DNA of 64,000 bases, taken from the NCBI RefSeq assembly GCF_016433145.1, contig NC_058133.1:35152492-35216491 (forward strand). Direction: 5' to 3'. Position numbers and translations under genes: made by a program. Shown piece by piece: positions 33,875 to 64,000 of the stretch (its first letter is position 1; every line of letters starts with the position of its first letter). Under the pieces are notes generated by a model. The model had not been told where the DNA came from, did not search any database, and saw nothing but the letters and a program-made list of their open reading frames with translations. This DNA is from Gracilinanus agilis. Taxonomy: Eukaryota.

Positions 33875-36800
33875 TCTGCTTTTCTCCCTATCCCTGTTCC
33901 TCTACACCATCAACCTTCCCTCCCCCAGGTGACTCACTTGCATCCTGTGGCAGGGTCACAGTCACAGGAGATGACCAAGGTCCCCAGAAACCCTTGAGGG
34001 AGATCCCATCAGGCTTCCTCCGGAGCTGGAGCCAATAGGAGGTCCCAGGTTGAAACCCTGAGATGATACAGCTTCCACCAATTAGATCTAGGGACTGAAG
34101 AGGATCATCATTGAATCAGAGAATCCAAGAAAGATGGGACTTGAGGGTTCCTCTAGTCCAAATCCCTTCTCCTCCTCCATGTAATCTGCCCTACTCACCA
34201 TATTCCTAGCAGGAAAGGGGGCATTTAACTTTTGCTTTGACATCTAGAATAATGGGGAACTTACTACCTTATAGAAGGAGGCTATATAGGAGATTCTTGT
34301 CATAAGACCAGCCTCCTGGGGGACTTCTATCTAAGTTGGTACAGGGATGAACCCAAGATTTATCCATAATGACCTTGACCCCACAGTGGCCCCTGAGAAA
34401 GCTCCTAATTCTTGGGCCATGGGAGACCCCCAGGCTCCAAACTGTCATCTCAGGGAGAGGAGAGAAGATGGGACACTAGGAGGCTGGATGTCCATTTCCA
34501 TCTATAACCAGAGGAAATATTCTGGGCTTAGGGTGAGAGAAGATGGGGCCAGAGAAATCTGGGTACTTCTCTGGTGGCTTGAAGCTGTGGTAGACCATCC
34601 CGCTGTGGCACTGTGTGTCCCCTGATGGCAGGTCCCTGGCTCATGTATCCTTTTTTGGAGGATCCCTCCATGGTGGAGTGCTGCTGTAGAGACTGAGCTG
34701 GAGTCAGGTCAGGCCTAGTGGTTTCAGTGGCCTGCTGGGGCCACCTCATGAATGGGCAGCACATGGGTGCTTGAAGCAGAGCTGTGACTGTGGGCTGAGC
34801 AGAGTTGCTGGGATCCAAAGGGCCATACTGGAGTTCGTGCTGCATGAAGTCACTAATTTCAGGGGGCTGCACCTCCCAGGTGACTTGCAGCTCCCCAGTC
34901 TGACCAGAAGTCATTGCAGTGATGCTCTTAGGTGGGGCAGGCAGGCCTAGGGGAGAGAACCCATCACCTCAGTGCTTCCCTCCAACCACTTCAAATGCTC
35001 TCCCCCAAACTACCCTGAGGGATCTCTCCCAGGGACTGAGGAAAGACAGGACTGTGAGCACAAGGCTAAAGAGCTAGGATACAAAGGGCTGAGAAGTGGT
35101 CTAGAGTCTTGTAAATCTAAAGAGCTTTAATTGAAAAGGAATGGAGGGGCAGCTGGGTGGTTCAGTGGATAGAGTGCTGGGCCTGGAGTTGGGAGGACTT
35201 GGGTTCAAATTTGACCTCAGACACAGCTGTGTGACCCTGAGCAAGTCACTTAATCCTGTTTGTCTAGCCCTTGCCCTTCTGTCTTAGAGTTATTTCTAAG
35301 ACAAAAAGTAAGAATTTCAGGGGAAAGAAAGAAAGATAGGAAAGGCAGGGGAAGGGAGAAAAATTGTCCCAGTGTCTCCAATAAGCCAGAAATCATAGTG
35401 AATAACTACAGTGTAGAAGGGAGAAAAACACTTAAGACTCAAATATTCACAAGAGTCAATATCCAGGAAAAAGGCTGGTAGGAAGACACATGGCCTTAGC
35501 TAATACACAAATATATTAATACCTAAAAAGGCACAATCAATGAAAATTAGTGGGAGGAAATCCCTGACAGGAACCTTATTCTAAAGACATAGGATGGAGG
35601 AGAAAGGGGGAAGCAGGATAGGATTGAGCAGGAGCAAATCCAGGAACTAGAGGAGGAAAGCAGGAGGGAAGACAAGTAGAGGCTGAAAACAAAATGTTCA
35701 TTGAACTACAGACTGCCTGGATAGAAACAGGAAAGAGATGAGAGGTTCAGAAAGGAGATCTCGAGACTGGAACAGAAGCATAATACGATTAGGATATGGT
35801 GAGATATTTCAGGATCTGCTGGGGATTTCTCTCTGCCAAAGCTAATAATTGATGATAATTTCATCTTTCAAAAGGTGAAAGCACCAACATGGTGGAAATC
35901 CTGGATGTGTTTCATCAGTGGAGAGGAACTTGGTGCTGCGGTAGAGGTAATGAGAAGCTTGAAGGAAAGTCATTATTGCCCCATACAATTTGTGATAGAG
36001 ATGGAGAGGGCATCTGGGAATAATCTGACAGGCACCATAGATTTTGAGAGAGCGGATTTGAAATGGTGGTACAGGGAAAGGATAGGCAGGGTCCCATGGA
36101 CTGAAATGCTACCAAAGAATGAAATTCAGAAGGAAGCAATTCTGATGAGGAGGAAAAATAGAAGACATCTAAAGAGACCAGTGTGGATGCACACTTGGTG
36201 GTCAAGAGCTTAGATGGTTCAGAGATCTGATGGTCAAGAGCTTCTTTGCCAACTTTGTCACCTTTACTGGGGTTACAACAGTATGGGGGGAAGGGGAGAG
36301 CCCAGTGGTTTGATACATTAACATTATGAGGTAATCATCATAAAATGCAAACTGCCAGAACCTAAAACAATAGGTAGAGCTAAGATCTGGATCTGGAGCC
36401 CATGTGGCCTAAGGCATCTACTGATGTTTGATACCTATGTTAACTGATCATTGAAGGTAAAGTAAGGACACTGAGATAACTGACTTGTCTTCTGGGATGT
36501 AGCCTTAGGGAAGGGTTAGGAATTTGGCAAGGTTGAGGTTCAGTTTAACTCAAGGTTACAGAAATCAATCATAAGCAATACAAGAGTCAGTTTTTTGAGC
36601 ACTCTTAAAATAATATCAAGATTAATGTATACCTGGATTGCTACACATTTGAACCCAGGACCTCCCATTTCTAGGCCTGACTCTCTATCCACTGATCCAC
36701 TTAGCTGCCTAGCAGTACCTTCTTTATAGAGTTTTTGTGGAATCCCATGGGATGACCTTTTACAAATATAAAATTGTTATCTAAATGTCAGGTTATGATT

Positions 36801-39800
36801 ATTACTGATTCAAGAGTCTTGAACAAGCTAAAAGAGGCAAGTAGATGAGTCAGTGGATAGAAAACTACAGTTGGAGTCGGGAAAACCTGAGTTCAAATCC
36901 CATCAAAGACACTTATTGGCTGTCAGCCTCCCTCTTCTTCCATCTTCACCTCAAATGCCCTTGGCAAGTCACTTAACTTCTAGCTACCCCAGTTTTCCCA
37001 TCTGTAAAATGGGATAATAACAACACCTACCTCCTAGAGTGGTTGTAAAGATAAACCAGGATCATATTTGTAAAGCACTTAGCAAACCTTGGAGCAGTAT
37101 ATGCATGCTAGTTATCGTATTTGGGGTTCGATGGAATAAGATGAAATTCCATGTGATCTGGCAATGCTAGGATGCAGAAATCAGTTTCCCAAGTATCAGA
37201 GAAGTCTAGAAGCTAGAGAGCTGAGGTTAGATGGCCACAAACGCTTTGTCCAGCTCTGGCCAGGGCATGCTGGGTACTCCAAGCCCCACTGGACACTTTC
37301 TTCCGGAGTGTGGAAGCCGGAAAGGCTGACGGGCTGTCCTAGGTGAGGGGATGGGGGCGCTCTGGCAGAGCTCACAGGCCCTCAAGATGTATGCTGCCTA
37401 GGTCAGGTCCCGCGATATCACATTTACTTCTGAGCAATCTATTTGAAGAAGGATCTATTTGGTAGGTGGCTGAAGGAACCCTGATGTTTGCCTGGGGAAG
37501 AGAAGGTTCTAGAAGGCCATGAGAGTGGCCTGTCATGGGGAGAAATTTGTTCTGCTGGAATAATCGGCAGCAGTGGAGTGGGGAAAGATGCAAAGAGATA
37601 AGATTAGGCTTAATGCCAGGGGAAACCCCCAAAGCCTTCTTAACAGTCAGAACAGACTCCAGATGGAGAGGGGCTTCTGCAGAGATGACAGGCTTCCCCT
37701 TCTGGGAGGTCATGAAGCAGAAGTGGGTTGGCCACTGCTCAGACATGTTAGAATGGGGGTTCCTTATGGGTGCTGGTTGGACAAGAGCCTTTGACATTCC
37801 TTCCAGCTTTTCTATTCTGATACAGAGCTGTGAGGAGAGAAGATTCACTACCAGGATTGTGGGTTGGGAGGAGGGCCAGGATGAGGAGGGAGGCCAGGAT
37901 TGTGGGGAAGAAGGAGGGCCACAGGGCTTTGAGGTGCTGTCAGGCCTTAGCAGTGCCAGAGCCTCACCCACGTTTTCCACGCTGAGCACTCGCTGGGTCC
38001 GGTTTTGGGCTCTGGCAGGGTCCCACAGCCACAGGGCCAACTTGGCAAAGAGACGCAGGCCATCAGCAGGCTGGACTTGGCAGACGTGCCGGATCCCTCC
38101 ACTGGGCAGTCTCTGGATGCTCAGTGGGCACACCTGGGGCTCCTCCCTGCGGGCCGGGCAAGGGTCTCAGGCCCCAGCGTGGAGACTGCCAGGGGAGAGG
38201 ATGCTGCCGTCCTGGCCCTCCCTGGCCCTGTTCCTCCCCTCTCCGTCCCAGCTGCCCTGCCTCCAGCCTGGCCCATAGCGCTGGCTCCCCACTAACCACC
38301 CCCAACGTTGGTTTTAGTTGGGGAGGGGTGCGAAGGGGACACTCCCTGAGGGAGGGGGAGTCGCCGCCCCGCCCCCTCTCCTCCCCTCCTTTTCTCTTCA
38401 CTTCCACCCCTAGCCCCAGCCCCGCCTGCAGGGCTTCCCGCACCCGGGGTAGGCAAAGAGGAGCTGGTAGGGCTCTCCATCTTGCCCGCCTCCCTGCTCT
38501 TCGTCCTCAGCCTGGATCTCCTCCTCATCCTCATCCCAGAAGCACGTGAGGTCCTCGAACTCTCTGGAGAAGCAGCGCAGGGGTTCGGGCTCATCCGCCA
38601 GAAGCTGGGCATCTGGGGTGGGGCGGAGAGCAAAGCCGGGGTGTCAGCCGGCGAGGGGGGCCCAGTGCCGGAGACTGGACCCGGAGCCGGGCTCCCAGGA
38701 GGCCAGAGACCGGAGTCATTGAGCCGAGCAGGCAGCACAGAGCTCTCTACCGGGGATTGCGGACATTGAGGCAGACCGCGCCCCTTGGAAGCCCTGGCTG
38801 GAGGAGGAAGCCCTAGGACCTCCGGAGGCAGGCAGGCTCCCAGAGGCCTCCTGGCGCTCGGTGAGAGGGAGGCTTTCTTGGGTCTGGGCGTGGGGGGTGG
38901 GGGTGTGATGGAGCGTGGGTCTCCGTGGCGCCCTGATCACTCTGGCCTGGGGCTGGCTCTGGCTTCTGGGTAAAAGCTCTTTTTCTAGAGGGGGCGGAGG
39001 GATACCGCAGGAGCCGCAGGGGACCTCAGCCGCTGGAGCGGGGGCAAAAGCTGCGCCCTCCAGGAGGAAGGGTGGGGGAGGCTCCTCTCAGGGACCCCAG
39101 ACCGTCTGCCCATGGTGTGAGGTTGGTTTCAGACTCTCGCCCAGTGGCTGGCCGGCTTCCTGGCTTGTAACCCATAGCTGAGGCACGGTGGCTGCACACA
39201 GTAGGTGTTTCATGGGAGTCTCTGGCCCCAGCGGGCAGGAGGTAGCCTAGGGCAGAGCTGGCCCCTGGCCCTTGGCTCTCCGGAGAGGTTAGCAACCCCA
39301 GACACGAGCTAATCCCAAAGCCAGCTCCCCGCTCCAAGATTCCCAGCCCTGAGGACAAGCAAATCACAGCTCCCAAGGAAGAGGGCCAAGGAAGAGCAGA
39401 GAGGCCAGCCAGCCAGCCAACTTCCGAGGAGGCAGCCTCTGAGTCACTGCACTGCAATGATGGAGCTCATCCTGACGTCTTCCAGTACCTCAAGTCCCTC
39501 CCGTGGGCACAGAACCAAAAAACCTTCAGTGCCTCCTTGTTGTTCACTGGTGAGCCCAGGGACCATCACACAACAGCCCTGGCCAAGGGCTTTTCTTGGC
39601 AAGGATACTGGAGAGGTTTGCCATTGCCATCTCCAGTGGCCTGAGGCAAACCTGAGGAGGTTAAGTGACTCACCCAGGGCCACACAGCTAGGAAGTGCCT
39701 GAGGTCACATTTGAACCCAGGACCTCTCATCACCACTCCTGGCTCTATGCACTACCTAGCTGCACCCTTACTCTAAGTCCTGAGTCTATGCACCCAGATC

Positions 39801-40672
39801 CCTCCAGCTCAACCTCTGCTGTGCTCTGAGCACTTGAGAGGTAGCTGGGCCTTATGGACAGGGAGAGCAGGCAGTCACCCCTTCCTGCTGGGTGACCCTG
39901 AGGGAGCTGCTTCACCTCTCAGCACTCCCCACTCCTACCCCTCTCCAAGGCGATTCAGAGAAGGACCAGCCTGCCTTGATAGAGGGAGCTCCTCACACTT
40001 GGGAAATTCTGGGTCCGCTTCTCAGCCTGTCGTTTCCTCTCTTTGCACCTTCACATTTTGATCCCCCTTTCCTTTCTCCTGAGCAATTCCAGCTCCACTC
40101 CTGGGCTACTTCCTGAGAGATGCCTCCTGACACCATGCCCCTGTTAGCCCTTCTCTCAGGAAATGAATGTGAAATTGGGGCTAACATGGCCCGAGCCTTT
40201 GGGTCTCCCCCAGTGCTAAGCACAGTGCTCTACACCCAGCAGGTGCTTTATGACGGCTACATTCCTGGTAGATTATTCCTAACCTCTCCCTCAACACTGT
40301 TACCATCCCCCCTAGAGTTAATGTTCCCCCTCTCTCCTGACCTTTCTCTCTTTCCAGGCTTCTACTCCCCCTCCTCTTGCCCTCCTTCCCCATATCTCCC
40401 CTTTGCCCCTCTCATTCTCCCCTCCTCCTTCCCTGCCCCTCACTTTCTTTCCCCCCCTGCCTCCTCCCTTCTCCCTTTCCCCTTGTGTCCTTTCGCCTCT
40501 TCCCTGTCCCCCTCTTTTTCTCCCTTACCTTGTGAGGCCAGGGCTTTGGGGGGACTTTATGGGGGGTCCAGGACCTCTGTTCTGCCCCCTTACCTTCATT
40601 GCTGACATGGGTGGTAGCCTGGCTGGGCAAGAGGAGGCAGCAGGTGACTAGGATGAATACCCAGCTTGGCAT
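17418..40672 (-). CDS. MPL: Thrombopoietin receptor (c-Mpl), 707 aa
   Basis: 12 exons in transcript order 40672-40594, 38612-38444, 38146-37968, 34946-34567, 34094-33938, 33766-33634, 27781-27606, 27482-27340, 26825-26666, 26483-26384, 17944-17854, 17774-17418 (2124 nt, GT-AG, phases consistent). Signal peptide [33 protein letters not shown] motif, TM WISVVT..., Box1 [13 protein letters not shown], Box2-like EPSLLEVL, and NYSYLP. Confidence 0.93.
19440..20420 (-). mobile_element. Degraded CR1/L3 fragments interrupted by a SINE (19762-19938, +) and an L2 end
   Basis: Reverse-complement CR1 RT-region remnants (TTTGTCACCTGCAAATTT; GGGCCAGGCACAGATCTCCTGG), with a SINE core inside. Confidence 0.55.
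21080..21900 (+). mobile_element. Tigger/pogo-like DNA transposon remnant (decayed transposase)
   Basis: From 21546 it translates to [32 protein letters not shown] (one frameshift), resembling the Tigger DDE-domain N(V/A)DETGL..K.MP.RT....EK..PGFK. Upstream HTH-region remnants are present and the block is AT-rich. Confidence 0.7.
22110..22295 (+). mobile_element. SINE1_Mdo-like SINE
   Basis: Shared SINE core and tail. Confidence 0.8.
24900..25620 (-). mobile_element. L2 LINE fragment
   Basis: Minus-strand translation [21 protein letters not shown] resembles the L2 ORF2 3' region, with L2-type termini nearby. Confidence 0.6.
26000..27250. promoter_or_regulatory. Intragenic CpG island over MPL exons 9-10
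   Basis: Dense CpGs, tandem GC boxes at 26316-26327, CACGTG at 26141 and ATTGG at about 26878. Confidence 0.6.
27850..28235 (-). mobile_element. Two adjacent SINE1_Mdo-like SINEs (about 27850-28020 and 28040-28235)
   Basis: Two reverse-complement cores, each with the TTTCTG(A/T)CTTAG...GGTTAAGTGACTTG...TTTGAACCCAGGA pattern. Confidence 0.8.
30134..30186. repeat. (TA)n(CA)n microsatellite
   Basis: Read directly. Confidence 0.9.
31816..32000 (-). mobile_element. Young SINE1_Mdo-like SINE with perfect 16-bp TSD, inserted in a MIR-like element
   Basis: GCTCTTCAGAAATCTT at 31800-31815 and 32001-32016, with a poly(T) tail. Confidence 0.92.
32113..32336 (-). mobile_element. Young SINE1_Mdo-like SINE nested in a MAR1/MIR-type element
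   Basis: Near-consensus copy with a long T-rich tail and an imperfect TSD ATTTA(G/A)GGTTTTCTT. Confidence 0.88.
33840..33870. repeat. (TG)15 microsatellite in MPL intron 5
   Basis: Read directly. Confidence 0.95.
35840..36195 (+). mobile_element. CR1/L3 ORF2 remnant (endonuclease-to-RT linker)
   Basis: Translates to [13 protein letters not shown]...SH....F...DFERAD...RIGRVPW.E.L...RRK...LKRPVW, the CR1 ORF2 signature. Confidence 0.75.
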
Positions 40673-40890
40673 CTTTTGGGCATGTGGGCTGTGTGGCCCT
40701 GGTCCTCCCCTCAGGAAGCTGGGCCCCAGCGCTCTCTCTCCCCCAGGCCCACAGGTTCCTGTCAGATATGGCCCTACGTCCTGTCCCTTTCCCTTTCCCA
40801 GCCGTGGGCAGCCCAGGGGCCGGAGAGGAACTGATCCCTGACCACACTGGGGCCCCAGGCTTGGGGCCAGGGGGGAGGAAGTCTGGGGAC
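40673..40890 (-). promoter_or_regulatory. MPL: MPL proximal promoter with GATA, ETS and RUNX sites
   Basis: Minus strand GGGACAGGACGTAGGGCCATATCTGACAGGAACCTG...GGGGCCCAGCTTCCTGAGGGGAGGA resembles the human MPL promoter as I recall it. AGATA at 40764-40768, GGAA cores at 40712-40718 and 40755-40761, ACCACA at 40841-40846. Confidence 0.75.
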
Positions 40891-41956
40891 CTGTGAGGGA
40901 AGGTGGGGTAGTCTTATGGAGGAAGGGGGTGGACTCCAGGATAGCCTGGTTTTTTGTCCCCTCTTCATCCTTAGTCCTATAGCTGTGGTACTATAGAAAC
41001 CCTGGTTAGCATCTCACCTTGTTCCTCTAATACCAGTCTCTCAGGGGTGAATAATAATAGTACCTGCTCTGTGCCAGGCACTGTGCTAAGCACTTTACAA
41101 TTATGTTATCATTTGATTCTCACAAGTTAATTCTGGGAAATAGTTGCTATTATCATCATTTCATAGTTAAGGAACCTGAGGCAGACAGAGGTTAAGTGAC
41201 TTGCCTAAGGTCACACAGTAAGTAAGTGTCTCAGGCCAGATTTGAACTCAGGTCTTTGCGACTCCAAGCCCATCATCCATCAACTTCATCACCTAATTGA
41301 GTGGGGTCCAGAATCCTGCTTCCAGATTTTCCTAGTGTGGCTGGCCTAGTTGAAGATGTTAACTACCTACTTGACCTCTCCTGGTCATCCATTAGGACCC
41401 TGCAGCTCCTAACCCATTTATCTTACACTCCTAACCCATTTATCACTCTCGGGCTCTGATGGTCATTCACTTTCCACCCAGCTGGCTACCTTCAGAAGAA
41501 CCAGCAGTGATGATGGTGGTGATGGTGAAGCTGCAAAGAGATGGCTTTAGCCTTGGTGGCAGGAGAAGCTTCCTAGCAATTAGGGCTCTATAAAGGTAGA
41601 AGCCACAGGATGAGCCAGAACTCCCCTCCCCGCCCCCCACTTCCCTGGAAGTTTTAAGGCAATGCCTTGGGGACCATTTGTCTGGTATATTTTGGAGAGC
41701 ACATTTGTGGCAATAAGGGCAGGCCCAGAAAACGCTGAGGGGAGAGGTAATGAGTTTCCTGCTACTGGAAGTCTTCAAGCAGGGTCTTAACGACCACTTG
41801 TCTGGGAGTTGTTGCCTGGATCTCTCTTAGTTAGTCTTCTGCATTAAGGCTGTTGGATCCCATCTCTGGCCAGTTTCTTTCAACTCTTTTGCATCAGTTT
41901 CTCTACAAGTACCAGTTCAAGTAAAATGGGGATTATGATGCACCTACTTCCCAAGG

Positions 41957-42301
41957 CAGTGATGGGCAACCTTTTGAGCTTGATGTGTCAAAATTCACTG
42001 AAAAGCTGATCATAACTCGGGTGATGTGTCACTTCAAGAAAAAAAACCCATAATTTCATGATATTTATAGTTTAAATAATAAAAATGTATCATTGTAATA
42101 TATAACTATTTAATAAACCAAAATAGGTAAGTGAATATAGGTAGAATTGTCATCTATAGTGCACAGAGTGTCTACACTACACCACAGCAAATATTTCATC
42201 CTCGGCACGTGACCCCCTTCTTCTCTGTATGTGGCCACGTGTCAATGAAAATGGCTACATATGTCAGTGCTGACCCACGTGCCATAGGTTTGCCATCACC
42301 G
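41957..42301 (-). mobile_element. Non-autonomous hAT DNA transposon (hAT1-like MITE), 345 bp
   Basis: TIRs CAGTGATGGGCAACCT and AGGTTTGCCATCACCG; 8-bp TSD TCCCAAGG (41949-41956) versus TCCTAAGG (42302-42309); AT-rich interior. Confidence 0.85.
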
Positions 42302-43904
42302 TCCTAAGGTTACTGTGAAATAGTAGGAGATCATTTTGTAATACCATTAGTGAAACTCATTGTTTCTAGCTCCACCTCTTCTCTTGCCACTGTGACCACC
42401 ACCCTGGTAGAAGTCCCTGCCACCTCTCACCTTTATTATTGTAATAGCCTTCTGGTGGGTGTCGCAGCCTCGACGGCTCCTCCTTCCCATCGCTTTCCCA
42501 AAGCTGCCAAAGTGGTTTTCCTGGTGCCCAGATATGACCACGTGGTCCCTGCTTGATGTCTCAGTGACTTCCTTAGCCAATGAACTTTCAAGGACTTAGC
42601 AGTCAGGTGCCAACGCTACCTTCCTGGGTTTATTCACATTGTATTTCCCTCCTTCTCTCTGGTCACCCTCTTCCCTTTCGGCTCAACTGGCCAGCTCACC
42701 CATCCCTGATTCTGGTGCTCCATCCTCATCTCCCTGCAGGCTGGCACATACTAAATGCTTGCTGATTGTACTTCCACCTGTCAGAATCCCCAGCTCCTTC
42801 AGGGTCCATCTTTCATGCCCGTGTATACACACACATGTACATATACATATAAGCATACATATATTAATATATATATATACATGTATACATTCACACACAT
42901 GCATCTGGCACGTGCGGTTCCTTGAGGGCAGGCACAATTGTTTCTCTTGTCTTTGTGTGCCTCTCTGGCCTCGCAGTGCCTGGCACAGGAGACATCCACT
43001 CAGTGCTTGCTGGGTTGGACTGACCTGGAATGTGTCTCTCCACCCCTAGAAGGAGTCTGCTCTCTCCACTGGCCACTAGTAACAAAATCCAGCCTTTCTC
43101 CTCTGTCCCCATTCTTCTGGCTCCTCTGGCGCTCCCCAGATGGCTAACCATCACCTTCTCAGAGACTCCTTCCCATTCCTGCAGGGCACAGCTTCTGCTC
43201 GCTTCTCCTCGTGCTTGTCTGTGTCAGATTGCTCTGCCTCAGTGTCCTGGTCCCAAATCACCTCTGGCCCATCTCCTTACACAAGGCTCTCTCTTGATCC
43301 ACTCTCTGATTCATGGTTGTAATCTTCCCTGGGCAGGTGGCTCCCAGGTTTACTCCTGAGCTTGCTGGATGTTTAGTGGCTAGACACTGACACCTGGAAG
43401 TTCAGTTTGCTTCTCCAGCCCAACATGTTCCTCCCAAACCTGCCCCTCTCCTGATTGTCTTCCCTATCCTTCTAGTCAGTCAGGTTTGCTCTTTTGGTCC
43501 CCTTTGACCCTTGCCTCTTCCTCGATGCCTCTCCCATCCATCCAGTCAGTTGCCAGATCTTGACCACTCCTCCATAGCTCCATAGCTCCACCCTAGTTCA
43601 GGCCCTCATCATCTCTGCCTGGACCACTGTGACCATCTCCTGACGGCTCCCAGATTCTCCTCCCCTCTCGAATCCATCTTCTACATAGCCACGAAATTAA
43701 TTTTATTGATCTGATGTAGGAGAGAATCATCATCCAGGAGAGTGATGGTGCCAGGCAGGGCCCAAGTGCAGCCCCCCTCGGAGTCCTGGGATCACATCTA
43801 ACCTACCTGTCCTGCCTTCCCCCACCTGCAGTCTAAAGGTAAAGCCAGCCTGCCCAAGGGGAGGGAAATTCAACAGAGCAAGACTCTGGGACATAACCAA
43901 ATGT

Positions 43905-43910
43905 TTTATT
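43905..43910 (-). terminator. Candidate TIE1 polyadenylation signal (AATAAA)
   Basis: TTTATT on plus, about 360 nt downstream of the TIE1 stop. Confidence 0.7.
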
Positions 43911-44267
43911 GTCCCTATTTGCCCTAAAGAGGGGAGAAGAGGGGGCAGGAGTATGTAGGGAAGGATTAACTACAGTGAGGGGGGATTGCTTATTGGAGAG
44001 GAATAATAACTCAATGGAAGGGCAATAGCTGCACTGGGAGGGGAAAGGCAGAAGGAGCTGTCCAGGGCTGGCACAAGGATCCAGGCGCCACCATCTGTAC
44101 CCCTTCCATTCACCAAACTGAAAATATGATTCACTGAGGCTGGTTTGGTCTGAAATCACAGGGGCTTCATGGGCCCATGCCGGAGGAGGTCAGTTTATGT
44201 GCATCTGTCCATCAGGGGACTGAAGGGCCAGCAGGGAGGCCAGAGCCACCACCACCACTGCTGACTT

Positions 44268-63794
<19,527 letters not shown>

Positions 63795-64000
63795 CTGGGA
63801 TAGGCAAGTGTATCTGTGATACTCTGACCCTGTGCCCCAGGAACCCTCTCAGGACTTCCTGAGCCTCCCCACTATCTCCCGACCCTTTTTCTGGGCCATA
63901 TGACAGCCCCTACCCTTAACCTACCCTTTGCCCCTTCCCTGAGACCTGGCCCTGTTCCAGCCCTACCCCCCCTCCCAAATGCTGTGCCCCCAGCCCTCCG

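Noticed and set aside
37535-38278. 247-aa plus-strand ORF as an antisense gene
   Set aside because: It is a shadow of MPL exon 3 and its GC-rich flanks, with no independent motifs.

Overview
Marsupial (opossum-like, judged from the didelphid SINE1-type repeats) genomic DNA carrying the conserved vertebrate block ELOVL1(+) / CDC20(-) / MPL(-) / TIE1(-, 5' exons outside the window). I rebuilt all four reading frames exon by exon from GT-AG boundaries: ELOVL1 276 aa in 7 coding exons, CDC20 499 aa in 7 coding exons, MPL 707 aa in 12 exons, and TIE1 exons 6-23. The rest is intron or intergenic DNA with SINEs (several with intact target-site duplications), L2, CR1/L3, an L1 3' end, a Tigger transposase remnant, a complete non-autonomous hAT element and a possible solo LTR. 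Main observations: (1) the MPL juxtamembrane motif reads RRLFP instead of RWQFP, so Arg sits at the position of human W515, where W515R is an activating myeloproliferative-neoplasm allele, and the transmembrane helix is remodelled; (2) MPL has a 40-aa C-terminal extension and changed trafficking and phosphotyrosine motifs; (3) CDC20 lacks three introns present in human, each removed precisely; (4) CDC20 Met1 has an optimal Kozak context, which bears on the M43 isoform; (5) a hAT1-like MITE with TIRs and an 8-bp TSD. All human comparisons are from memory and need confirming by alignment. There are no CRISPR arrays, rRNA or tRNA genes.
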